A stretch of 64,000 bases of DNA, taken from assembly GCF_006345805.1 (NCBI RefSeq), contig NC_043004.1, forward strand, positions 99,076,001 through 99,140,000. The letters run 5' to 3'. This DNA is from Octopus sinensis. Taxonomy: Eukaryota. How positions within the stretch are numbered: the stretch's first letter is position 1; every line of letters starts with the position of its first letter. The translations under genes and the position numbers were made by a program. Below the pieces are notes generated by a model, which saw nothing but the letters and a program-made list of their open reading frames with translations, was not told the origin of the DNA and searched no databases. Shown in pieces: positions 52,422 to 64,000 of the stretch.

Positions 52422-52642
52422 TCGAAGGAGAGGAGCTTTCTCCGTCCGGGTTGCGGATCCGTGGAACAAGCTGCCAGACGAGATGGTGAAGATGCCGACG
52501 ACCGCTTTGTTCAAAGCCTCCCTGGACCTCAAGTGGCTTGAACTCTTTTCATGAACACCACCCTGTACTTAACTCCATGTCCCCCTACATGGCCTTGCTA
52601 TTTGCTTTTGAGCCAAATTAACTAACTAACTAACTAACTAAC
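52422..52642 (+). mobile_element. CR1-group LINE 3' end with (CTAA)n tail
   Basis: RRRGAFSVRVADPWNKLPDEMVKMPTTALFKASLD...*, then a short 3' UTR and an (actaa/ctaa)n tail. Confidence 0.85.
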
Positions 52643-52909
52643 ATATGTGTTACCGCATTTTCTTAAAACACTTGTGTGTGAAAATAAAGGACAAAAGTGA
52701 GTACACGCTACTGAGGTAAAAGTATATTTGTTGAATGTTGTAACTTAAACGTTTGTGACTTTGAGTTTCTCGTTTTTCATTTCAAAGCACTTGTAATCGA
52801 TGAAACATGAGAAAATATAAATAGCAAAGCATATCGGCAGCTATCTGAAAATTCAATGAAAAGGCATTCGAGTATGTGTGGATTGTTCTATATAGTTCTA
52901 TGAGTCCAC

Positions 52910-53295
52910 GTGGAGGCGCAATGGCCCAGTGGTTAGGGCAGCGGACTCACGGTCGTAGGATCGCTGTTTCGATTCTCAGACCGGACGTTGTGAGTGTTTA
53001 TTGAAAGAATACATCTAAAGCTCCACGAGGATCCAGCAAGGGAGTGGGGGTAAACCCTACTGTACGCTTTTACCACAACTTTCTCTCACTCTCTTTCTTC
53101 CTGTTTCTGTTGTACCTGTATTTCAAAGGGCCAGCCTTGTCACACTCTGTGGTCACGCTGAATCTCCCTGAGAACTATGTTAAGGCTACACGTGTCTGTA
53201 GAGTGCTCAGTCATTTGCACGTTAATTTCACGAGCAGGCTGTTCCGTTGATCGAATCAATTGGAACTCTCGTCGTCATAACCGACACAATGCCAC
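52910..53295 (+). mobile_element. Diverged SINE family D
   Basis: Homologous to 27958 and 33993. Confidence 0.9.
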
Positions 53296-53460
53296 AATGA
53301 GTACATACACACAAACCTTAAATAAAATATACATTTGTAGATAAAAAAGTATGAAATGCAGAAGGGAGAAAAGGTATTTTTGAGATATCAGAGAAAATAA
53401 GTTCATCAAAAAATTTGGCGAGGTCCACCAGTCTCCAACAATGTCTAAACGTTCAGGATA

Positions 53461-53832
<372 letters not shown>

Positions 53833-53836
53833 GATG

Positions 53837-53936
<100 letters not shown>

Positions 53937-55112
53937 TGATGTAAATAATGTACATAATTCCTCATCTCTTAAATTTAGAACTGTATTATTCGTTTGTTGA
54001 TTCAGATTTGGATAAAAACATATTTGTGTGCGTGTTTATATGTTGACAAAAACTCGAATGTGTGAATCCGGAAAAAAATATAAGTGATGTTTCAGTTTCT
54101 TATAATAATTTAGAAAGAATCATTCATGAAGGTACGGATACGATGGCAAAAAGAAAGTAATTGATACTTAGAGCATATGTACTTGTCCGTCTCCCTCTCT
54201 CTCTCGCTCTCTCTCTCTCGACAAATACACTTGAATAAAGTTTTCACATGCTTATAGCCGAGTTCAAAAGAACAAAAGTTTTGTGGTAAAGACGAGCCTG
54301 AAACTATGTTTATTCAATTCAATATAAGATAGTTAGCTCAGTTATTGTTTAACCCTCTTATGGTCATTATATTCATAATTTTATCAGACAGTTACTATCC
54401 AGTGGACAATTGTACGATCAGTAGAATTACAGGCAGAGGAAGAAGGTGAAATAGTTATTTTAGAAAGTCTTTTAGCATTCAATGAAACTTGAAGTGATTT
54501 TATAGGAAGTATTGTTAATGTAAATGAAATGTCTGTTAAAGATTTCGTGATATTTGTGGTTCATTAGAAGTGAAGCAAAACTGAATTAAGTAACTCTTTA
54601 GCTATGATTGTTCTCATACTCAAACCATATATTGGATTACACCACCGAATATTTTGAGGTATAATTTTACGATATGAAGCATTACACAGTGTTACGTGTT
54701 GAATTTGGACAATCTGACAATACTCTGTTACAGAGAGAGAGAAAGGTGTTATGGTAATGAGAAACATTGCTGAATATGAGTTCACCTACAGAAAATGATT
54801 TTACGAAAAGATATAGGAAGAATTAAATTGCAGAAAATACTTGACAAATGATTAAAAGACTTATACAAAATAGTTGTTCAATATATTTGGGGTAAGAGAT
54901 AGATTTGTGAAACTAAATTAGAAGTGACGTCTAAAGACTTAACTATAGTAAGATTGGTACGCCTTATTTTGACAAATAGATTTTTGTGTGATTCGTTTTG
55001 TTTTGCAATGTTCTGTTATACTGAATACCTCTTGTTAAATCGATCACAATCGTATGAAGATCGGAAACTAGAAACTCACAAATATGGCTTTGAAGATTCT
55101 GATTTCAGTATA

Positions 55113-55204
<92 letters not shown>

Positions 55205-55749
55205 CACACGTGATATTCATTACTTCAAGTGTAAAAACATTTGTGTAATGTTTTTCTATTTTCGTATTCAGATTCTAATGTGTAAAAGCGCAGAAACTGA
55301 AAGACAAACATTTTCAATTAAATTACAATCTTGGAAAATAAATGGGCTAAATAACTGCTATTTTTTATTCATTGTGATCATGTTTGTAGATATAGCAAAT
55401 TCATTCCTTGGGAGTCTCTTTTAGCCAATTACGTTTTGAAAATACATGATATTTCGATGTATTAGAGTATATGATTTCATATATACTATTTTACCATGTT
55501 CTTTCCTTTTAGTATTCGACTATATGAAGCTCAGAACTATGAATTAGAAATCTTTAATCTCTACTAACATATGCACATTCTATTTTCCGTTGCTTCTAAA
55601 TAAAAATAATTACCAGCCTATATAAGAGTATGTATCGAAGTAATGGAAAAGTGGATATATCTTTTTTTTTTAACTGGCATAGCTCTTTCAAATTGCGCTG
55701 TTTATGGAGTAACTCTTCTCTTCTTCATTGGAGGCAAATAATAGGCTCC

Positions 55750-56660
55750 AAGTAAAAACAAAATCCATCACTGACTTCTTGATGAAAGGTGTGAGCAGGC
55801 TGTTCGACATCCATAGAAGGCTACAGGCCTTTTACACGTGTAAAACAATCGACAAAAGCAATGGGCACGGATTGATGAATAAACTACATTGGTGAAAAAC
55901 TATGCAGTGGAAGACAATTGTTTCGACTTTTGACATTGATCCCCGACGAGTAGACAAACTGATTCATGTGGACAAACAACTGAAAATACATTAGTAGCTC
56001 TGATCACAATGCATTGAAGAAAATGGTGGAAGATTTTGGGTTTCTGAAAGTGAGATCAAAGTGTTTAACTCAGCAGTTTACACCTAATTTTATGAATATA
56101 AGATGGAAGTATGCTCTGATCTGCTGGAAGCGTTTGAAGCTAAAAAAAGATACGTTTTCCGAACTAGTGAAAAGAGATGAAATTTGGTCGTATTTTTATG
56201 ACCACTAAATAAAAGTTTAGCCATTGAAAATGCGTTACACATTTATTGTCTCCTTGGCTTAGAGAGTTTAAGAGCCAACAAAAATCACGGAAATTTATGG
56301 TGACAGTTTTGGTGAGGATGACAAGGACGCCATGACTTTAATTACCTTGAACTACAAGCTGTATCTTGAGACACTCAATAAGACGATTGAAAAAAATAAC
56401 ACTGAAGCACAACGTGAAAATGATATACATTCTTCATGATAATGCATGACCACACGTGTATTCAGTAACAAATCAAGCAGACAACAAACTGGTAGACACC
56501 AAGCGCACAACTTAAATCTGACGCCCCCTGACATCCACCTGTTCGGTACAATTAAGAGCAGTGTTCGAAGACAACGATTTCATGACAGTGACGATATGAC
56601 ATTAGCTGTGAATAAATGGATGCAACAATGCACACTTGGAGATTTAAAACTGGATTCGTG
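55750..56660 (+). mobile_element. Heavily decayed mariner transposase
   Basis: LVKRDEIWSYFYD (cf. TGDETW), ILHDNA and LTPPDIHLFGTIK (cf. LAPSDFHLF). Confidence 0.75.
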
Positions 56661-56673
56661 ATTTGGATTCAAA

Positions 56674-56820
56674 GATGGGTATTTCTTACCTTACCTAAAG
56701 TCCATACCTTGCTCCCTGTGACTTTTGGTTATTCCCTACGCTGAAAGAGAACGTCAGGGGAAGTTCATTCGAAGACATTGAAAAAACGAAATCTGTTGTG
56801 ACAGCTTCACTTTAGAGGAC
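56674..56820 (+). repeat. 147-bp mariner-derived segment, inverted copy of 58265-58424
   Basis: Hand alignment gives 8 substitutions and one 13-nt indel. Confidence 0.9.
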
Positions 56821-56969
56821 ACACGTGGATCATTTGAGATAGAGGCTGTTGCCTCTTTATAAAGGAAGCCTTACTCTGCTGACATGTGCAATTTGCAATT
56901 TGAACGAGCTATGTCAGTTAATAAAAGAGTATACCCACTTTTTAATTATTTTCGGTATAAGCCTCGTGT

Positions 56970-57013
<44 letters not shown>

Positions 57014-58199
57014 TATAATGTGTGTGTGTGTGTGATTGTGTGCGTATATGTATACGTATATATGTCTGTGTATAACTTTCCAATCTGGCAGCAATTAATA
57101 ACGGCAAGCAATGTATCCACCGTCTTTTACTAAAATAAAATTCCTTAACATTGCTAATTCTTTGTTAGAAATGTTCAGTCAAATCTCATGATCTTATCTT
57201 TTTTTTTTTACTAAAATCTCTAGAAATATTTTTACACCTCATTTTTCTGGGTTTTGTTTTCCTTCTTTCTTTTTTTTTACTAACACATCTGTGATCTTCT
57301 TATCCGCATCAACATACAGTTTCATCTTAACCTAATATTTGGAATGATTATTCTATCATAGAGACTCCGAGAATCCCTCTTTTATACTTTCTGATTTTAT
57401 TTCAAATTTTCTTATCTTATATGATATAATCATCGTTACGTAATTAAGGTTTTAGTGGGATTCCTCTCATTAATTTCCCTCGTTCCTCTTTTTCAGCTCT
57501 TTCTTCTTCTTCTTCATCTCTCTCCACCCCGCCCATCTTATCTTCTTTGTCACAGTACAATCTTTTAATCTTATATTCGAGGAGTCTTTAATCTATTACA
57601 ACTTGTACATTGACTGTTTCTTTTGAAATCTTTGGAAATACAGAACTTATAATTTAATTATAGTATATTGTAGTGCCAAATATCTTTCTACGTATAACCT
57701 GTTATGCTTTATTAGGATATCGTATCTATAAATTTGTAAGGGTCAGAATAACATTAGCCAGTCGGTTAAATAATAGATCGATTTTGTCTTTTGATCCATA
57801 AACTGTGTCTGAGTTTAAAACAGCCCCACCAGAAGCATGCTAGCAGGCTCTGATTAAATATGATTCAGTGATACATACCTCATTTTCGAACTAAAAATGA
57901 CAGATTTATGTATTCGATTGAAGTTTTGTTAGAAACGTAAGCTACAAACTCTTTTGAAATAGAAAAAGAAAATTTAACATTAGGAGAGACAGTAAAGAAT
58001 ATTTTTTGTCTCATCTGGATTGGTTCTCATGGAAAATTGTAGATATTTTGTTTGAAGTATTTGCCGATAAAAAAGCGGTAGTCAATTTATCAATGACAGT
58101 TGATACAATTATAGCTATCACGTACATTCCAGAAGTTTTGAGACGCTTTTAGAAGTGTCATTTATTAATTTCAAAAAGTACAGACTCTACGCTTCTTTC

Positions 58200-58535
58200 A
58201 GCTAGGGTCCTCTAGCTCCAATGCACATGTAGGGCTCCAACCATTTTGTGAAGGCAACATGGAAGTCCTCCAAAGTGAAGCTGTCCTAGACTCCAGCCAC
58301 AACATATTTCATTTTTTCAATGTCTTCGAATGGACTGCCCCTGACGTTCTCCTTCAGCGTAGGGAATAACCAAAAGTCACAGGGAGCAAGGTAGGGACTT
58401 TAGGTAAGGTAACAAATACCCATCACTGTCAAGTAGATGATTACCAGGATTCTTGTCACTTGAGTACACTGGGAACAAATTGGCATAAATTTTGCTCACG
58501 TTCAGATTTTCATGACTAATTCTGGCTGCAGTTGC
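58200..58535 (-). mobile_element. Mariner C-terminal remnant
   Basis: The minus strand gives LAPCDFWLFPTLKENVRG..FEDIEKMK. Confidence 0.8.
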
Positions 58536-58720
58536 CACACTAATTCACATCTTTCTTTGATACCCACGTGTAGTGGGTATAAAAGAAATATGTGAATTCT
58601 ACTTGGCAGTATATTTTTACGAGTGTGGATGGATATTGGTCATGCGGTGTGGCCGATCGCATGTATATTTTGAGATTCTCGTAAATGTATGCTGTGGAAT
58701 ACTGTCGCTGATGAGAGCGG

Positions 58721-59126
58721 TACTCTTTTACTCTTTTACTTGTTTCAGTCATTTGACTGCGGCCATGCTGGAGCACCGCCTTTAATCGAGCAACTCGACC
58801 CCGGGACTTACTCTTTTGTAAGCCCAGTACTTATTCTATCGGTCTTTTTTGCCGAACCGCTAAGTAACGGGGACATAAACACGCCAGCATCGGTTGTCAA
58901 GCAATGCTAGGGGGACAAATACAGACACACAAACACACACACGCATATATATATACATATATACGACGGGCTTCTTTCAGTTTCCATCTACCAAATCCAC
59001 TCACAAGGCTTTGGTCGGCCCGAGGCTATAGTAGAAGACACTTTCCCAAGGTGCCACGCAGTGGGACTGAACCCGGAACCATGTGGTTGGTAAACAAGGT
59101 ACTTACCACACAGCCACTCCTGCGCC
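58721..59126 (-). mobile_element. Full-length SINE family A
   Basis: Family A head, body and tail. Confidence 0.92.
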
Positions 59127-59989
59127 TAAAGGTAAAATATTTTTTACTTTAAGCTTGAAATACGATTTTGTACGCAGTTAACCGAACCTTGTTGATTCAT
59201 TATTTTTCTTTTGCTCGTCTACAATATAGTGTGTTATTCTCGGAGATTTTAAGGTGGTAACAGTGGCTTTAGCGTCTATTTCTTGCAGTGCGTGGTGAGG
59301 CATAAAGCCGATCTATTGTTATAATTACGTATATAATTATAAAATATTTTGTAAAATTTACCTATGAGTTTTATATTTCTGCACTGACCACCTGGTAAAA
59401 TTGTTATTGATTTTACCCTTTTATTATATATTTATTTATGTATGTATCCTTTCTTTTTCTGAAAGGATACATACAGTTGTCCAATGATCATGATACTTTT
59501 CACATACAACGACCAGGGTGCTGAATTTGTTGTCTCCTTATGTTTCTATGTAGCTTTCTGATAGCCTTGCAACAGGCAGCCCTCCTGCCGAATAAAATCT
59601 CCATTATGTTGCAACAGAAGCATAATTGGATTAAAATGGCCTTTTATGAATCATACATAATGCAAATTCATTGTGAGAGGCAATATTTACTGTGGAATCC
59701 GACCGGATATAGTATCTCCTATGGATGCGCTATCTTTAGAAACGCAATATATGTATATATCACAGGAAAACGCAGCGGCGAATGAGAAAATTGGATGCCT
59801 TTCTGCCTTGTTGGGCCTCATGAGTTGTATGCTTAGTATGCTTAGATGCCAGTATGCTTAGGCGCAATTGCAATAGAATTAAAAGCTAGTGATACATTAT
59901 AATGGCGGTGCCCCAGCATGGCCACAGCTCGTGAGCTGAAACTAGATAAAATAAAATAAAATATATAGCATAATCAATCACATAGTTTA

Positions 59990-60600
59990 ATTGTTCGTTC
60001 CACACTTTGTAGAATTTTACGAATCCTTATGTATCATCACTTCCCCATGGACAAGAAATATCACTACGTCGCTAATAACTACTACTTCAATGGGTGATGT
60101 TATTGTATCGAAAACTTTGCTGCTTCTTTGGCCACTATAAAAAGAGGAAACCAGTTCAATACGAACACTTCTTTTCTCTCCAATTGCAACAATCTTAATA
60201 TATTTTTCTTTCAGTCGAATGAGTCTCCCAGAGCATTAATGTATCAACCTGAGATCTCTCGTGCAAACAACAGTGAAACACATAGGGCTTACAGAGTATC
60301 GTTTTAAACAGATTTTTGTAACATATATATGCACTTCAACACCTGGAAAGTTTTCTATCTACATAAATCTATATAGATCCAAATATATCTGGAGTTTTAA
60401 AGATTATAAAGATGAAAATGTCAGTTATATAATTGATTATAATGCTGCAAGCATGCAGTACATTTATAGTTTGTATGATTTGTGTCTCTCGGAAAAGTAT
60501 CGCATAATATTACCGTCTTCCAAGATTTTGAACAAGGATCGGAATTGGTGAATTCTGGAAGTCATTCCCATCGACATTTGTTGAGATATTTTACCAAATC
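59990..60600 (+). pseudogene. Degenerate Penelope-like GIY-YIG region, similar to 10150-10950
   Basis: HIGLTEYRFK...SKYIWSFKD...YDLCLSEKYRII...LNKDRN. Confidence 0.75.
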
Positions 60601-62306
60601 TTTAAAATAATTCATTTTCAGTATCGTTGATTTACCGTAATCTTCAAATGGTTACATATAGAAGAATAAGCTTTTAGTTTTGATCAGCACTTCGACTATA
60701 TTAGCAAAAGCCAGTTTCTTTTTGTGATTTAGACACACACATAACCATATGTTCTTTCGTGCAAATAAACTTGTAATATCACGTATTTTCCATATAATAA
60801 TAGAATTGAAGAATATATGACGCATTATCTGGTGCTGTTGTTTTGTGTCCAAATTTGTATCCAATCCAAGTTCGATTGACTACTCATACTTTAATATTTT
60901 TACAAATATGTATATCTATAGATTGCCACGCTGCCTCCTCTCAATCATGGGAATATTTAGCAGCGGGAAACCCAGAGCAACTATCGCAGGCACTTAAGCT
61001 TGTATCAATATGCATACATACGTGCATATATACATGGAAATATAATTATACATGTATACATACAATATATGGATAGTATTACATATGCATGTGAGACGCA
61101 AGTTTTGCTGTGTGTTTAAGTATTGCACTTCACAATTGCATGATTCAAAACTTTTTCTGCACGTTTTTGGTCCTCTATCGAAACCTTGAACTAACCAATG
61201 CCTTGTAATTAGAATTTGGTAGATAGAAATTGCGGTAAAACATACGCACACAAACAAAAGCTTGAACTAACCAATGCCTCACTCACTCACTCACTCACTC
61301 ACTCACACACATGTACATTAATATATTTCACTGAGGCATATACCAATTTATATCAGTGCATGATGTAAACGGCACGAAAACAGGAAAGCAGGTTAGTTTT
61401 CAAGATCCTGGTGAAATTAGTTCTGCATCGTCATAACTACCGAGACCGAGAGCGAATATTTGGCATGTAGGATACACTGTGCTCAACGATGCTAGAGTCC
61501 ATTAATAGGAATACGACATAAATAAAAATAAGTACATGTAAAATATAAATGAAGGCTTTTGGAAAGACACAATGATTATTCAAAAAAAAGATATTGCTAA
61601 TTTAATAATTGAAATAAACGTGAAATTTGTCAATAACGATCCAAAGGCCATTAGGATATTTATGTTACAGATGTAGAACTGGATACATTTTAGCAACCAT
61701 CTAAAAACATATTGACAAGATATAGCTGTATCCACCAGTAATAAAATATAATTCACTTGCTTCTAAGAATCTTGAAAAGTTTTAGAACTACTGAGCGATG
61801 TATAGGAAATGAATCACAATGCTTTGTTTTATATCAGAACATACATTCTATTATATAACATCTGCTGACACCTTAGGAGAGAACCATTTTGGTTATCCTA
61901 TGAGACATAATACCCATAGATTCATAAGGAAAGGAAATAAGATTGTGTAATGTTCCCGTTTGTCTTGAATTATGTTCCTGGCATTGTAATTAGCTGTGTG
62001 AGAGATGTGAAATCTCTACCACCAAAAGCTGTGGATTCAATTTACCAGAAGTTTATTACTACTCCTAAGCACTTATCATTTATATAGATAAAAATTGATC
62101 TCTTTACTCAGATATATCAGTGCGGTGAAAATGAGATTCTGCGATATCCAGGATTTCCACAAGAGAATTAAATATGAAAGCATAGTAAAATCGCTATAAT
62201 TGAAAACCAAAAACATATTCCTAAATCGGCTTGGCAAGCAGTTTATTTCTCCTGCATTACAGTTCTCTACTCGATGCACACAAACATACACATGTGTATA
62301 TATGTA

Positions 62307-62506
<200 letters not shown>

Positions 62507-63183
62507 TATATATATATATATATGTATACCTGCATACATACACAAAATCACACAAAATATATACGTTCATATGTTGAAATCCCAAACGTAAGATTGAAAC
62601 AAGTTCATATAATATCCAATTTTGTGCCCACGAAGATATTTTATTTAAAGACAAGGTTTTTATGGCTGTCAGTCGCACAGAGTGTTGACTAAAAATTATG
62701 CATATATTTTGTTGCAAAATATTTAAAATCATCAGTAAGTTTCATACCGAATCACCAGTAAGTATTATACTGAATCAACAAACACGAAGGCTTTATATAT
62801 GCAAACGTATATGCAAATTCATCACGTAGAAATAGTAGATTTATAAGCTATGAATCCGTGTCTCTGTGGGAAGTTTAGCAGAGTATTTGGTCACTGCTGA
62901 AATTTCAATACAGTATTAAAGATAGTCAAACTGCTACTTTTTCTCTCTCTATGAAGTTATTGCATTTAAAGACAAAATATTTACATCTGGCCATTGCATA
63001 GTGTATCGGTTAAAATCTATATTCTGTACTGCAGCATAGTTTTGAAACAAAATTCTGCTAGCATATCAGTTAGTGCATACATACATACATACATACATAC
63101 ATACATACATACATACATACATACATACATACATACATACATACATACATACATTCATGTGTCTGTGAATATGTATATATAAA

Positions 63184-63380
63184 TTTCTACTCTAGGCACA
63201 AGGCCAGACATTTTAGGGGAGGAGGCCAGTCGATTAGATCGACCCCAGTACGCAAGTGATACTTAATTTATAGACTCCGAAAGGATGAAAGGCAAAGTCA
63301 ACCTCGGTAGAATTAGAACTCAGAACGTAAAGACAGACGAAATTCAGCTAAGCATTTTTCCCGGCATGCTAACGTTTCTA
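63184..63380 (-). mobile_element. SINE sharing the family C head and core but with a different 3' tail
   Basis: The minus strand has the C-type core gactttgcctttcatcctttcggagtc, followed by ccctaaaatgtctggccttgtgcctagagtagaaa instead of the C tail. Confidence 0.8.
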
Positions 63381-63591
63381 ACGTTTCTACGTTTCTAAAG
63401 TATAAAATTCAGTTATTTTATAGAATAACGATTGCCCTATCGTTAAAATTTTAAAGACGGTACGTGAACGTTGTATGAACTGGTTATGTTGTATTTCGTA
63501 GCCCTCTTGGTCTGATGCTAACCGTCAGGTAGAGTTCGTGTTTCTTTAGTTAATTTGAACGTGCATATATTTGCAAATTTGATTTAAAAAC

Positions 63592-64000
63592 ATGAGTATG
63601 GAAGGGGCGAGAGAGGAACAGATAAATAGAAAAGAACGGTTTAGATATTTGTTAAATAAGCATGAGACAAAAGAAAATAGTGCTGTGCTTACTCGTAAAG
63701 ATTTGTTAAGTTTGGTAGCAGAATTATAGAATGCAAAAATAGCATACAAAACAAGTATCACTTGACTATTGGTTAATTAAGCGTTATGATGTTCTTGAAG
63801 TTCAAGGAGTAGAAAAATGTATTGTGCCGGTGACATGCAAAACCTGATGCCGTCTTTTATTGTTCAAGCGATGCACTGTTCGATATTTTATACCAAACGC
63901 ATATATCTACTGGACATGACGGTAGAAACCGTATGATAAAGGAACTCAATCGTCTATAAAAAAAGCATTACTCAGAATGAAATAAAGCTATTTTTAAGTG
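63592..64000 (+). pseudogene. Degenerate KRBA2/SCAND3-like (Ginger-type) integrase N-terminus, truncated by the window edge
   Basis: After frameshifts it reads DYWLIKRYDVLEVQGVEKCIVPV and LFDILYQTHISTGHDGRNRMIKEL...ITQNEIKLFL. This resembles the HxxxGHGGRxRM integrase zinc-binding region. Confidence 0.7.

Noticed and set aside
54378-54446. Short open segment TVTIQWTIVRSVELQAEEE with AG/GT-like borders
   Set aside because: It is too short, with no recognisable domain or supporting exons.
57958-58152. Open frame of about 64 codons (…HLDWFSWKIVDILFEVFAD…)
   Set aside because: No convincing splice sites or homology, and the length is reachable by chance.

Overview
This is AT-rich eukaryotic DNA made almost entirely of interspersed repeats and microsatellites. 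The repeat families look like those of Octopus; that is inferred from recognised repeats, with no database search. No intact protein-coding gene could be supported. Nearly all ORFs in the supplied track are microsatellite translations or fragments of decayed transposon ORFs. The elements I could support are: Tc1 and mariner remnants, mariner- and piggyBac-type MITEs, a non-autonomous Helitron, the 5' half of a Gypsy element (LTR, PBS, gag), RTE, CR1 and Tx1/L1 LINE fragments, Penelope-like (PLE) RT and GIY-YIG remnants, a KRBA2/SCAND3-like (Ginger-type) integrase running off the right edge, and about 20 copies of at least four tRNA-derived SINE families. Several signals deserve a second look. 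Minimal type-I hammerhead ribozyme motifs occur in unrelated repeats, one with an intact core joined to a tRNA-like Pol III head. There is also a perfect 61-bp inverted repeat inside the Gypsy gag, a 47-bp array with 2-unit higher-order structure ending in a palindrome, a SINE flanked by an 81-bp duplication, and a 147-bp inverted duplication of a mariner fragment. Coordinates were counted by hand, and boundaries of decayed elements are approximate.
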